Shown here in pieces: positions 51,731-64,000 of a stretch of 64,000 nt of DNA. Numbering within the stretch: the first letter of the stretch is position 1; every line of letters begins with the position of its first letter. A program made the translations under genes and the position numbers. The stretch lies in the NCBI GenBank assembly GCA_030390025.1, contig CM059432.1, positions 22,880,001 through 22,944,000 of the forward strand, given 5' to 3'. The notes under the pieces are model-generated. The model was not told where the DNA came from. It saw nothing but the letters and a program-made list of their open reading frames with translations, and searched no databases. The stretch is from Squalus acanthias. Its lineage: Eukaryota.

Positions 51731-53364
51731 TGTAAGGGGTGACCTGCGGCTCTGTGCTTAGCCTGGGTGCTAGTGCGGGGTTAGGCCTTGTTGCCTGTTC
51801 TGGTCTCCAGCCAGCCTGATAACACTAGACACCTGTGAGTGGTTTGACCCACTCGCCCTTACGGTTCTGACACTGGACTTAGGTGCGAGAGCAATAATGC
51901 AGAGAAAGACTCAGGTAGACCTGGTTGAATAGTGCGAAATGGAAAATCTTTATTGCATATTATTCAAGATTACGAGATACATGTCATAAGCACAGATTAA
52001 TGACAGTACAATCTTACACACAGTTATGGAACTAATTTTAGGGAAACGAGGAGCGCACGACACATCGTAAAAGGGGACACACATTATAATTATCCTTAAA
52101 ACTTAAACCCTCCCCTATCAATACCTGTCCTAATCTAGATTTGTAGGATCGAGACTCATGCTCACCACTCGTGATAACTCGGAGAATTCCGAAACTCTGC
52201 TCGGATGTTTTACCGCAGCACCTGACTATCCACGTGTTGATCAGAGGTCTCTGTACCCCACTTGTTTACTCGTTTCTGCTCCGGCTAGCAGGCTGGACCG
52301 TCTGCTGTCATGAAGATCTGTGTTGTCCTCGGAGTTCCGATACTACTCAAAAAAGAGTCTTCCTGTGCCCTACACCAGTTGTCTGTAAAACTCAAAGAAG
52401 GGTCTTCCTAGGCAAGGAAGTGTTTATTCGACTTACAGGCGCGGTCGGGGCTTACTGACCGTGGCGATGCGTATTGTCGTCTTCTTCTCTTCTCATCTCA
52501 TCTCATCTCATCTCATCTCCTCTCGGGCCTTCGATTCCAACACCGTTTACCGACTTCTCGGGATGGTGCGCCCGTTTCAAGGCCTCACAGCCCAGTTCTC
52601 CACAGATCTTCGCGGCAAGCCACGAGGTTGATCCTAGCGGATCAGAGTCCAGAGCCGTCAGGCAAGAGAATAAAAGTTCAACAGCCTTCCAGCGAGTCAA
52701 AGCAGCAAGCGCAAGAAGAAGCAGAGGCAGCAGAGCGATGGACGGTTGTACCTTACAGTTATAGTGCTGTAATTCCTCTTTTCCCGCCCAATCTTAATGT
52801 CTATCTTTTGTCAGGTTTTGGCGCTCAAACTTCTTGTATAGGGTGATCTCCGTCTTTAATGGGTTTCGGTGATACTTGTAACTGTCTGAGTACCCGTTAA
52901 TACTTCTCCCATTGTGGAACCGGCTAGTAGTCTCCCTGGAGGGGTTTTGGGGCTTCCAAATGCTTTCTGTAACTACCCGCAAACGGCTCTCTCATCGTAG
53001 AGTCGTGGGGATTTTGCATATTAATGTCTTTGGATGGGTCCTTGATCACTCGGTACAATAGCCCTTATTCGCACCTGGGAGACCGATTCCAGTATTTATG
53101 TTTAAAATGCAAACCCATCATGTCTTGTCAATTATCTCAAATGTGCTGAGTCCTGTACGATCTTGCACCAATGTTTATTGGAACGCCATCTTGTCTGCCC
53201 ATTGAAAGTCTAGAACTTTCTGCCGCGAGGCATGGCGGCCATTTTACAGGCTGTTTGTGTCCGTTTTGAAACCTGACAGCATTCTGCTGAAATAAAGCTG
53301 TTTGTACGAAACTTTATGTCTCCTTCTTATTTTATAAAATCGCGATAATTTTGCGAATTCTACA
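51731..53364 (-). mobile_element. Related long solo LTR (about 1634 bp) in inverted orientation, inserted in a Harbinger remnant
   Basis: Reverse-complement homolog of 49525-51189 along its length; TGTA…TACA termini; flanks GCCC/CCCT (imperfect TSD). Confidence 0.82.
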
Positions 53365-53744
53365 CCCTATTGTGACCAATGCAGCATTCCTCCAGTTCAC
53401 TGCTGCCCGTCAAGCAAGGTATGCACACTGCCATGCCACATTAGCATAAGCTTACTCTTCAACCATAGGTGGCCACCATATGGCTCTCTAATTGCAGGCG
53501 ACACTTGTCCAACATAATACATCATCTCTGCTATACCCTGTTATTTCCCATCACTTTTACCATCAGCATTACAAAAGCAAGTCGCCCTGAGCCCTCAATG
53601 TGCTTTTGCCATTTCCCATAACACATAGGCCACTCAATCAACTGTTTGACATAATTTTTCTTTTACACATCACAAAAGGATAATAAAGCAGCAACAGCCA
53701 GGAAAAAAAGATAAATCACCCAAGTGACTCCCCTTGTGACTATA

Positions 53745-55683
53745 GGTGCTTAATCTTTCTCTTATGTGTGCTTCTACGTGGTGCTTCCCCTGTGTCTTCA
53801 GCAAATGTAGAGGCACCTTGCTGACTAGGATGCTGCGCCTGCTTAGATACCTTTGGTGGGTGTCATCTGGGTTTGGGAGCCTGGGAGGGCTCTTCAACAG
53901 TCTGCTCTTCCTGCAGCTGTGCAGGGGCTGAAACGGCCATCTCAGTTGTCTCCGCAAAGTGGGTCTCTGACCGAAGTTTCCGCAGTGGCATGGTCGTGTG
54001 AGCGCTTTGAGAGGAGCCCATACTTCCTTCTGTCCTGCGAACAACATCCCTCTCATGGGTCAGTCACACCTTAGTGCTGGCAAGTGGCTGGAGAGCACCT
54101 TGCTGCACTTCAGGGGGACCATGAGGACCTGTATCTGCACTGGCAGTCCTCCTCAAAAGGACGTCCATGATGCTCTGGTCTCTCTGCTCAATAGCTGCCC
54201 ATCGCTCCTCCAGAGGTGACATTCTATTTTGAACAGTCACCATGTTTTCCTGACTCTGGCGACTTATTTCCTCCATGGCCGTAGCCATCCTTTCCACTGA
54301 GGTAGCCAGTCTTTTCACGGAGGTTGCCATCCTATCCATGGTGGTGCGTTCATGCGCCATTGCCTCCACCACAGCAGTACTGATATTACAGATGGACTCC
54401 TCCATTCTCTCCACACTCGCACTAACCCTGGAGGCAAACCCTTCCAGAGACACCTGCACTTGTTCCTGTATTTCCCGAGATGCTCTTTTTTTGGATGGCC
54501 CCAGAGGCACAGCATCTGCATGCAGCTCAGCAGAGCTAGGAGAGTCCTGCGACCTCCGCTGAGGACTCTCCACTGCTGTCGCTGTCTCCACCATCTGCTG
54601 ATGCTCACTTGTGCACTGTGATAGACCAGGTGGCAACACTACGCTAACTCGCGAGGGCCCCACCGAGGTGAGCGTTGTTGCTCTGGTGCTGGGTGCGCTG
54701 AGTCCTGATGACGCTGCTCTCTCTCAGAGGCTTCAGGTTCCTCTGAGGAGTCGTCCAGCTCTTCGTCCTGGATCGTGGGGAGGGGGGCGCTTGATGGTCC
54801 TGTGGGAGAGTAAAGGCATGATTTAGACATCTGATATTGATGTAGCCGACACATCCTTTTGAGCAGATGATACAACGCGATTCTCTATAAACATCATATG
54901 CCATTGCATTCTGAGAGGGATGAAAGTCTATTATGTCACCAGCTTCCTCTAGTGTGCCCGTCTCTCCATCGCCCACTTCCAGGTCCTTGCCACCTCCAAC
55001 AATCTCGTTTGCAGCCTCCTCAGCACTGGTCAATGTGGCTAGGGTAGGAGTTCATCCTCCAGTCATTGCTCTCTCCCTCTTATTGTGGGCTATCTTTTCC
55101 TGCAAGGAGGGGCACAAGCGGTGTTTCAGCCACAGTGATGGAGTGAGTTTGAATAATCCCGACCATAGAAGCTTTGAGGGAGACGAAGATGGGGTAAGGT
55201 GCCAAGAGGAAGCCAGCTCCCTGTGCATTGTTAGTTGTTGTCACTGCATGACAGTGAGAGCGAGTCTAAGGGGTGCATAAGCAGGATGCTGAAGTGATTC
55301 AGTGCAGAGACAGAGATGGATAGGTAAGAGTGCAAGGGAAGTAAGGGTAAGGTGGGATGTGAAGGAGGAGGCTTACAACGCAGAGTGCTGGTGATGAGAA
55401 GAGAAGGGAAGCAAATTGAAGGCAAGTGTGATGGGATAGTCACTTTTGATGTTCGCACAAGATCATTAAACCTTTTTCGGCACTGGATCCATGAGCGTGA
55501 ACATATGGACCTTGCGCTGACCTCCTGAGCAATGCGCAGCCAGGCTGCCTTGGTCTGCTGAGGAGGCTTCCTCAGGCCATCAGGAGTGAAGAGAATCTCC
55601 CTGCGCCCTCTGACAGCATCCACAAGAACATGGAGGGAGTCATCATTAAAACGAGGAGCTGCCTTGCCTCTGGAAGAAGTCAT
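53745..55683 (-). pseudogene. Spliced Harbinger Myb/SANT DNA-binding protein pseudogene (exons 55683-55444, 55099-54940, 54799 to about 53745)
   Basis: APRFNDDSLHVLVDAV…AAWLRIAQEV…RSWIQCRKRFNDL; GT-AG introns in phase; exon 2 EKIAHNKRERAMTGG* contains a stop; coiled-coil C-terminus after a frameshift. 3' end approximate. Confidence 0.8.
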
Positions 55684-55954
55684 TGCATCAAAATCAATTT
55701 CAATGAGTCCAGGAATCCACAAGAGAAAGGCTTAGGCTGAATGGCAGCTTTAAAAGCAGCAGCGATGATGACGTCATCAGAGGCGGCCAGCCAACCCGAT
55801 CGCTCATTGGACTGGCCAGCGCGCCTCATTGAAATCAACAAGCTCATTGAATCAAAATCGGACATCAGCAGCTGATCCCACCGGAAGCGGCTCCAGAACC
55901 CGCCCACCACGCAACCCGACTTCAAACCGCCTCGGCAATTAAAATCGAGCCCCT

Positions 55955-57995
55955 TGTGTCCTTCTCACAACTTGATTTCCCACCTATCTTTGTATCATCA
56001 ACAAATTTGGCTACAGTACACTCGGTCGCTTCATCCAAGTCATTAATACAGATTGTAAATAGTTGAGGCCCAAGCACTGATCCCTGTGGCACCCCGCTAA
56101 TTACAGTTTGCTAACCTGAAAATGACCCATTTATCTCGACTCTCTGTTTTCTGTTAGTTAGCCAATCCTCTATCCATGTTAATATATTACCCCCAACACC
56201 GAGAGCTCTAATCTTGTGCTGTAACCTTTTATGTGGCACCTTATCGAATGCCTTTTGGAAATCCAAATACACTATATCTACTGATTCCACTTGATCCGCC
56301 CTGCTCGTTACATCGTCAAAAACTCTAAGAAATTTGTCAAACACGATTTCCCTTTCATAAAACCATGTTGACTCTGCTTAATTGTATTATGAGTTTCTAA
56401 ATTTCCTGCTACTACTCCCTTAATAATGGATTCCAGCATTTTCCCAATGACAGATGTTAGTATAGGTAAGTATGCAGGTGCAGCAGGCGGTTAAGAAGGC
56501 AAATGGTATGTTGGCCTTCATAGCGAGAGGATTTGAGTACAGGAGCAAGGATGTCTTGCTGCAGTTGTACAGGGCCTTGGTGAGACCACACCTTGAGTAT
56601 TGTGTGCAGTTTTGGTCGCCTTATCTGAGAAAGGATGTTCTTGCCATGGAGGGAGTGGAGCGAAGATTCACCAGACTGATACCTGGGATGGCAGGAATGA
56701 CGTATGAAGAGAGATTGGGTCGATTAGGCTTATATTCGCTAGAATTTAGAAGAATGAGAGGGGATCTCATTGAAACTTATAAAATTCTAACAGGACTAGA
56801 CAGACTAGATGCAGGAAGGATGTTCCCGATGGTGAGGGATTCCAGAACCAGGGGTCACAGTCTAAGGATAAGGGGTAAGCCATTTAGGACTGAGATGAGG
56901 AGGAATTTCTTCACCCAGAGAGTGGTGAACCTGTGGAATTCTCTACCACAGAAGGCAATTGAGGCCAATTCATTAAATATATTCAAGAAGGAGTTAGATA
57001 TATTTCTTAAGGCTAAATGGACCAAGGGATATGGGGAGAAAGCAGGGGCAGGGTACTGAATTTGGATGATCAGCCATGATCGCATTGAATGGCAGAGCAG
57101 GCTCGAGGGGCCGAATGGCCTACTCCTGCTCCTATCTTCTATGTTTCTATGTTTCTATGTTAGGCTAAATGGCCTATAGTTTCCTGCTTTCTGACTCCCT
57201 CCTTTCTAGAATAGGGGCGTTATATTTGCGATTTACCAATCAGCTGGGACCTTCCCAGAATCTAGGGAATTTTGGAAGATCACAACCAATGCATCCACTA
57301 TCTCTGCAGCCACCTCTTTTAAGACCCTAGGATGCAGACCATCAGGCCAAGGGTTACTTGTCAGACTCTAATCCCATTAGATTGCCTAGTACATTTTTTC
57401 TAGTGATAGCGATTGTTTTAAGTTCCTCCCTCCCTTTTGCCCTTTGATTATCTTCTATTATTGGGATGCTTTTAGTGTCTTCTACCGTGAAGACAGATAC
57501 AAAATATTTGTTCAAAGTCTCTGCCATTGCCTTGTTTTCCATTATTGATTCCCCAGTCTCATCCACTAAGGGGCCAATGTTTACTTTAGTTATTATCTTC
57601 TTTTTTATGTACTTGTAGAAGCTCTTACTGTCTGTTTTTACATTTCTTGCTAGTTTACTCTCATAATCTATTGTCTCCCTCTTTATAATTTTTTTTAGTC
57701 ATCCTTTGCTGGTTTCTAAAGATTTCCAAATCTTCTGGCCTACCACTAATCTTCGCAACATTGTATGCATTTTCTTTCAATTTAATACCCTTCTTAACTT
57801 CCTTAGTTAGCCACAGATGGTTCATCCTTCTCATAGAGTCTTTCTTACTGGAATATATCTTTGTTGAGAGTTATGAAATATCTCGTTAAATGTCTGCCAC
57901 TGCTTATCTACTGTCTTACCATTTAATCTATTTTCCCAGTCCACTTTAGCCAACTCCGTCTTCATACCTTTGTAATTGCCTGTATGTAATTCCCT
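55955..57995 (-). mobile_element. CR1 internal fragment interrupted by a family C insertion
   Basis: YLDFQKAFDKVPHK (56111-56344) and linker ORF 57354-57566. Confidence 0.85.
56461..57156 (+). mobile_element. CR1 family C, short 5'-truncated copy
   Basis: Open 195-aa RT C-terminus; TSD ATGTTAG (56454-56460, 57157-57163). Confidence 0.93.
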
Positions 57996-58004
57996 GAGCA
58001 TCCT

Positions 58005-59553
58005 AGGATGGGATGCATCCTAGGATGCTGAGGGAAATAAAGGTGGAAATTGTGGAGGTACCGGCCACAATCTTCCAATCCTCCTTAGATATAGGGGTGG
58101 TGCCAGAGGACCAGAGAACTGCAAATGTTACACCCTTGTTCAAAAAAGGGTGTAAGGATGAACCCAGCAACTACAGGCCAGTCAGTTTAACCTCGGTAGT
58201 GGAGAAGCTTTTAGAAATGATAATCCGGGACAAATTTAACAGTCACTTGGACAAGTGTGGCTTAATTAAGGAAAGCCAGCACAGATTTGTTAAAGGCAAA
58301 TCACATTTAACTAACTTGATTGAGTTTTTTGATGAGGTAACAGAAAGGGTTGATGAGGGCAATGCGGTTGATGTGGTGTACATGGACTTCCAAAAGGCGT
58401 TTGATAAAGTGCCACATAATAGGTTTGCCAGCAAAGTTGAAACCCATGGAAAAAAAGGGACAGTGACAGCATGGATATGAAATTGGCTAAGTGACAGGAA
58501 ACAGAGAGTAGTGGTGAACGATTGTTTTTCGGACTGGAGGAAGTTCCACAGTGGTGTTCCCCAGGGCTCGGTACTGGGACCACTGCTTTTCTTGATATAT
58601 ATTAATGACTTAGACTTGGATGTACAGCGCACCATTTCAAAATTTGCAGATGGCACAAAACTTGGGAGTATAGTGAACAGTGAAGAGGATAGTGATAGAC
58701 ATCAAGAGAACATAGACAGGCTGGTGGAATGGGTGAAAACATGGCAGATGAAATTTAACGCAGAAAAGTGCAAAGTGATATATTATGGTAGGAAGAACGA
58801 GGAAAGGCAATATAAGCTAAAGGGTACAATTCTAAAAGGGGTGCATGAATAGAGAGACCTGGGGGTATATGTGCACAAATCGTTGAAGGTGGCAGGGCAG
58901 GTTGAGACAGCGGTTAACAAAGCATACGGGATCCTGGGCTTCATAAATAGAGTACAAAAGCAAGGAAGTTATGATGAAACTTTATAAAACACTGGTTCGG
59001 CCTCAACTGGAATATTGTGTCCAATTCTGGGCACCGCACTTTAGGAAGGATGTGAAGGCCTTAGAGAGGGTGCAGAAAAGATTTACAAGAGTGGTCCAGG
59101 GATGAGGGACTTCAGTTACGTGGATAGACTAGAGAAGCTGGGGTTGTTCTCCTTAGAGCAAAGAAGGTTGAGAGGAGATTTGATAGAGGTGTTCAAAATC
59201 ATGAGGGGTCTAGGCAGAGTAGATAGAGAGAAACTATTCCCATTGGCGAAAGGGTCGAAAACCAGAGGACACAGATTTAAGGTGATTGGCACAATAACCA
59301 AAGGCGACATGAGGAAAAACTTTTTTACGCAGCGAATGGTTAGGATCTGGAATGCACTGCCTGAAAGGGTGGTGGAGGCAGATTCAATTGTGGCTTTCAA
59401 AAGGGAATTGGATAAGTACCTGAAGGAAATTTTTTTGCAGGGCTACGGGGAAAGGGCAGGGGAGTGGGACTAGCTGACGTGCTCTTGCAGAGAGCCAGCA
59501 TGGGATTGACGGGCCGAATGGCCTCCTTCTCTGCTGTAACCATTCTATGATTC
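58005..59553 (+). mobile_element. CR1 3' half, another family
   Basis: ORFs 58013-58480, 58511-58852 and 59102-59473 with RT motifs; ATTCTATG tail. Confidence 0.92.
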
Positions 59554-59556
59554 AAT

Positions 59557-61345
59557 GGTCGAGATTTTCCTCAGCTCGGTAGGTCCATGGTCGGTCCCAA
59601 CCCCGCTTCTGGTTCCATCCCGCTGTCTGAAATGAATTTACCTTTATAGGGCTTGTTAAGCCCGCCCAGCATGTTTCCCAGCCAATTAGAGGAAGTGGGT
59701 CGGGTGGCGTCATTTGATGATGCGTCATCAGCCAGTTTCCTTAAAGGGACCATGGCCAAATTTATTTTGACATTTGTGACGTCAGTCTTCTACAGCATTG
59801 AGGTGCTGCAAACGCTGACAATAACTGCACAGAGGTGTAGGACTGCACCCAGGTTCTCCCATGACTCCCTCCACATGCTTATAGAGGGAGTCACAGCACG
59901 CAGGGAGGTCCTCTTCTCTTCCCATGGGTGGAAGAGACCTCCCTAGGAGATCAACACAGCCTGGTTGCACATTGCACAGGAGGACACAAGCAGGGATGTG
60001 GTCAGGAGGACCTGACTGCAGTCCCGCAAATGTTTCAATGATCTCAGTAGATCACAAAATGTTAGTATAAAGCCACACTCAACCTCATCCTGCTGTGCCT
60101 CTCATCACATCCCCATCACTCTGCCTTCCCTACCCTACTCCTGCCCATCCTTACTCACACCAACTTACCTTGCACCTCCACCCATCCCTCTCTATCTATG
60201 TTATCACATCCGCATCTTATTAGCAACCCCTCACACTCATCCTCATCCTAGTGCAATCATACCAACTAACAACACACAAGGGTAGGCGCATGGATGTTTT
60301 ATGCAATGTTCATGTAAAGTTTGTGTTAACGTGGTGTCAAACATTGAAACCTTTATTTTCAACCCTTTGTGTCCTTGGACAGATTTGTGTGCACCTTTGG
60401 AAGTGGCATAGAGAGTTGCAGTGAATGGTGAGACATAACTGTACCTCCCCCCCCACCCCCCCCCCCCCACCCCCCACCACCGCAATGGTGATGAGTGTGA
60501 AAAGAATGGCTTGGACATTGTAGGGATGCTTCATGGTGTTGGTGTGGGGTGGTGCCAACCTGGCACATCATGTGGCAGCCAGGGTGTACAGGGTCAAATG
60601 AAGTAAATCTGGCCATGGTGAGGCCATCCCTGGCCTCCCGGGCAGCAATGAGGTCGAGTGCTGATGCCCTGTGTCCTGTGCAGCATCAGTTGATTGCGGA
60701 GAAGTTTGGTGTTGTTGTTGGTGATGCTGGTGTGCCTGGTGTTGCTGTTGTTAGGAATTATCGTGGTGAGATTCTGAGGACTAAGGTGAGAGATTTTCAA
60801 GGGCACCCGTGCTGATGGAATAGATGGCAGGTGAAGTAGAGATGACAGAAGTGATCTGTCAATGGTGAGCGAAGTAATGAAGTCAGACTGGATGAAGACT
60901 TGCATAAAGACTTGCAGCTTGGCGAATATGTTGTGGAAATGCAGTGAGAAAGATCTTGTGGCTGAGGGAAGATATCTCTGTAAGGTGGGAGATTTTACTT
61001 TACATTTGAAGCTGTCAACTCAACAGTTGATTCAATGGCCACTGAACTCCCGCCTCAGCTTAACAGACATGATCCCCGAGCAGCGAAGACCCCGTAGGTG
61101 AGCAAGTAAAATCAAAAGGTGAGCAGAAATATATTCTTAATAATTTCTAAACAAGGTCAGAATTATCTGAATTGGGTCCCCCGCCGCTGTGTGTCGGGTC
61201 TGCTCAGCGCTGACAGACCCGACATCGGGGAAAGGCGCATGTCGGCAGGTTCACAGCGGGATCCCGACCCGCTGGGGGAAAAAAACAGTTTCCCACCTGA
61301 CCCGCCACCGATTGCGCCCGCTGACCCCCCGGAAAATCTCGGCCC
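59557..61345 (+). mobile_element. Internally deleted Harbinger, copy 3
   Basis: Ends GGTCGAGATTTTCC / GGAAAATCTCGGCCC; Myb remnant APRFSHDSLHMLIEGV. Confidence 0.85.
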
Positions 61346-61728
61346 ATGATTCTGCACTCCACATCATCTTTTTTTTTATTCGTTCCTGGGATGTGGGTGT
61401 TGCTTGCAAGACCACATTTATTGCCCATCCCTAATCTAACCCTAGTTTTGACAGATCACATTTCAGATTTGTTTTAATGTTTGCTAATATCTTTCTTAAC
61501 CATGGACATACAAAACTGAAGAACAGGAAGAGCCCACTGGTCTATCCAGCCCACCCCATACACCCATGATTTTATTGAGCATCATGATCCTCAATCCGCG
61601 CACCATCAGAAGTCATCTGGGAGAGGCAGAAAATAAGCAGACTTATAAAAACGCTAGGCCGTTCGTGAAAATAAATCTGGGAAATTCCTCTCCGACTCCC
61701 GGAGTGATCAAAACAAGTTTGAGTAGAC

Positions 61729-61974
61729 TGTGGCGGATCGCCACCTAAACGGGCGCAATCCACTTTTCCGTCCGTGGACAATATATCGGGCACCTTGCCT
61801 TTAAGGCACCTTGCCTTTAAGGCAGGAGAAAAGGAGTGGGCGGGGCCTCAGGGTTTTTCCAGATAATTCTGTGAGCAGTTGTTTTCAGCCATTTTGACCA
61901 GGCAGTTGTAATAAAAAGCTTTATGTCCCACACATGGACTTGGCCTTAATTCGTGTTTCGCGGCAGCCTCAACA
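61729..61974 (+). repeat. 5' LTR (246 bp) of a Gypsy/Ty3 retrotransposon
   Basis: TGT…ACA termini, AATAAA near 61910, immediately followed by a PBS. Confidence 0.85.
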
Positions 61975-61975
61975 T

Positions 61976-61989
61976 TGGTGACCCCGACG
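61976..61989 (+). promoter_or_regulatory. Primer-binding site, complementary to the tRNA-Trp 3' end
   Basis: TGGTGACCCCGACG; tRNA assignment from recalled vertebrate tRNA-Trp 3' sequence. Confidence 0.8.
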
Positions 61990-62014
61990 CTCAGAACGTA
62001 TTCCGAGCACTGCA

Positions 62015-64000
62015 ATGGCGGACACGAACGCAGTTTCCGTGAAACTGCTGGAGTTTTGGGAAAACCAGCCCGAAGCCTGGTTTCTCCAAGCCGAATCCCG
62101 CTTCCGGCTGCAACACATCACCACAGATGGGACGCAGTACGACTACCTCGTCACATCACTCGGTAGCTCCACATTTACGAAGGTCTGGACAACGCTGCAG
62201 AACCCACCAGAGGAAGGCAAGTATGCACATCTTAAGGAAGCGCTCCTTAAAAAATTTACGGCCTCGGCATACCAGCGAAACTGCCACCTCCTCGACCTTC
62301 CAGGCCTCGGTAATACCTCACCGTCAGACCTCCTCTCCCACATGCTCTCCCTCACCGACGAGAGCCCACCCGGATCCCTCTTCCGCACGCTGTTCATCCG
62401 CCAGCTACCTCTCAGCATCCGCCCAGCGATCGTGGCGTCCGGCCTCATGAACCTGGAAGCCCTGGCCGATGAGGCCGACAAGCTGCTGTCCGCTCACTCC
62501 AGCCGCGACGTCACTCCGGACCTGGCAGCCAATGCCTGGGCGCGCCCCTCACCGGCCACCACGCGGCCACAAGGACCAGCCACCAGGCCCACGGGGCCTT
62601 CGCGCCCCACTAACCCGGGCCACTGTTACTACCACGCACGGTTCGGCGCCAGGGCACAACGGTGCACACCTCCCTGCTCTTTCAAGTCCGCCCCCGTACC
62701 AGCCCCCGTGATCGCCGTGGGCCACGCGGGCTCCCTGCTGTACATCACGGATGACAAAACCAGCCGCCGGTTCCTGTGCGACACTGGAGCTCAGCACAGC
62801 ATCATCCCGGCCTCCTCCCTCGACATCCAAAAGGGCGAATGAGGACCGGCGCTGGCTGCTGCTAACGGCTCGGAAATCCGGACGTACGGCACCCGCACAG
62901 TCACTCTCGACCTCGCTGGTCGCCACTACCGATGGGAGTTCATCACTGCCAAGGTGCTCTCCCCTCTCATCGGCGGAGATTTCCTGTGCGCCCACGGCCT
63001 ACTGGTAGACATCCCTCAACACCGCCTCGTGGACATGAACACCATGTCCCCCATCCTGGGCGCCATGGCCCCCCGTCAACCCGCCGACATGGCGTCACAG
63101 TGCCACGCCCGGGCCACGGATGACTACTCGGCACTCCTGGCCGAATTCTCGGCCCTTACCAATCCGACCTTCTCCACGGAGGCCGCCAAACACGGGGTGG
63201 AACACTTCATCCCCACCACAGGCCCCCCAGTGTACGCCCACGCCCGCAGGCTGGACCCGGCCAAACTGGAGATCGCACGGACCGAGTTTGCCACCATGGA
63301 ACAGCTCGGCATCATCCGCTGCTCCAACAGTCCCTGGGCCTCCCCACTCCACATCGCCCCCAAACCAGGCGGGGGTTGGCACCCCTGCGGGGATTACCGC
63401 CGCCTCAACGACGCCACCACCCCTGATCGGTACCCCGTGCCGCACATTCAGGACTTCTCGGCTAGACTGGCCGGCCGCTCAGTCTTTTCCAAGGTCGACC
63501 TGGTGCGCGGCTACCACCAAGTCCCCGTCCACCCCGCGGACGTCCCCAAGACGGCCGTAATCACCCCCTTCGGCCTGTTCGAGTTCCTGCGGGAGCCCTT
63601 CGGCCTCAAAAACGCGGCCCAGGCATTCCAACGGCTCATGGACTCGGTCCTTCGGGACCTGAAGTTCCTGTTCGTCTACCTGGACGACATCCTGGTAGCC
63701 AGTTCCTCCAAGCAGGAACACCTCGAACACCTTTGCATCCTGTTCGGGCGACCATGGGCTCATCCTCAGCCCAGCCAAATGCCAGTTCGGCCTGGACAAG
63801 ATCGACTTCCTCGGCCACCACATCACCCATGCTGGGGCCATTCCCTTGCCCACCAAGGTGCAGGCCGTCCAACAATTTCCCCGCCCCACCACCATCAAAG
63901 GCCTCCAGGAGTTCCTCGGGATGGCAAATTTCTACAACCGCATCATCCCCAAAGCGGCGTCCCTCATGAGGCCCCTGTATGAAGCCCTCCGGGGCAGGAG
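62015..64000 (+). pseudogene. Gypsy/Ty3 gag-protease-RT polyprotein, truncated by the window edge; TGA at 62840-62842 and a frameshift near 63750
   Basis: Gag FWENQPEAWFLQAE, CYYHARFG…C…C knuckle, protease FLCDTGA…IGGDFL, RT SPWASP…DYRRLN…PFGLKNA…YLDDIL. Confidence 0.92.

Larger units (their letters stand above)
51670..55952 (-). mobile_element. Harbinger transposon remnant retaining the Myb/SANT gene and one TIR
   Basis: Terminus GGGGCTCGATTTT (minus) near 55952; left boundary approximate. Confidence 0.7.

Noticed and set aside
49525..53364. One large element with 1.6-kb terminal inverted repeats
   Set aside because: The left copy has its own TSD (AGAC) on both sides, the copies are diverged, and the right copy interrupts a Harbinger, so these are two separate solo LTRs.
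55231..55722. Domesticated host Myb/SANT gene
   Set aside because: It sits about 270 bp from a Harbinger-type TIR and has a stop in exon 2 and a frameshift in exon 3.
62840..62842. Programmed stop-codon readthrough between gag and pol
   Set aside because: The TGA lies inside the protease domain, after DTGA, and is more simply a point mutation (probably CGA>TGA).

Overview
Eukaryotic, transposon-saturated DNA with no recognisable host gene. The repeat mix (several CR1 LINE families, L2, RTE, Penelope, tRNA-derived SINEs, Harbinger derivatives and MITEs, LTR elements) suggests a vertebrate, most likely a cartilaginous fish; that is an inference. Most of the window is nested, decayed mobile DNA. 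Main elements: a near-intact full-length CR1 (14927-19980, tandem-monomer 5' UTR, ORF1 zinc finger/esterase, ORF2 endonuclease-RT with one nonsense codon); a second CR1 family in two copies; an RTE; three solo LTRs; a spliced Harbinger Myb/SANT pseudogene; and the 5' part of a young Gypsy element at the right edge. The most interesting signals are four. (1) All three CR1 ORF1/ORF2 junctions (two divergent families) end in the slippery heptamer T_TTA_AAC directly before the ORF1 stop, with ORF2 in the -1 frame. In the full-length copy ORF2 has no AUG ahead of its endonuclease, which points to a programmed -1 ribosomal frameshift giving an ORF1-ORF2 fusion of about 1,300 aa. (2) A small TSD-flanked Penelope-type hairpin element carries an intact minimal hammerhead ribozyme core. 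(3) A single-ORF LINE has a tRNA-like head, and a SINE here is its head+tail deletion derivative. (4) Two unrelated tandem-monomer promoter arrays sit on CR1 5' ends. Family names come from motif recognition, not database searches, and many boundaries are approximate.
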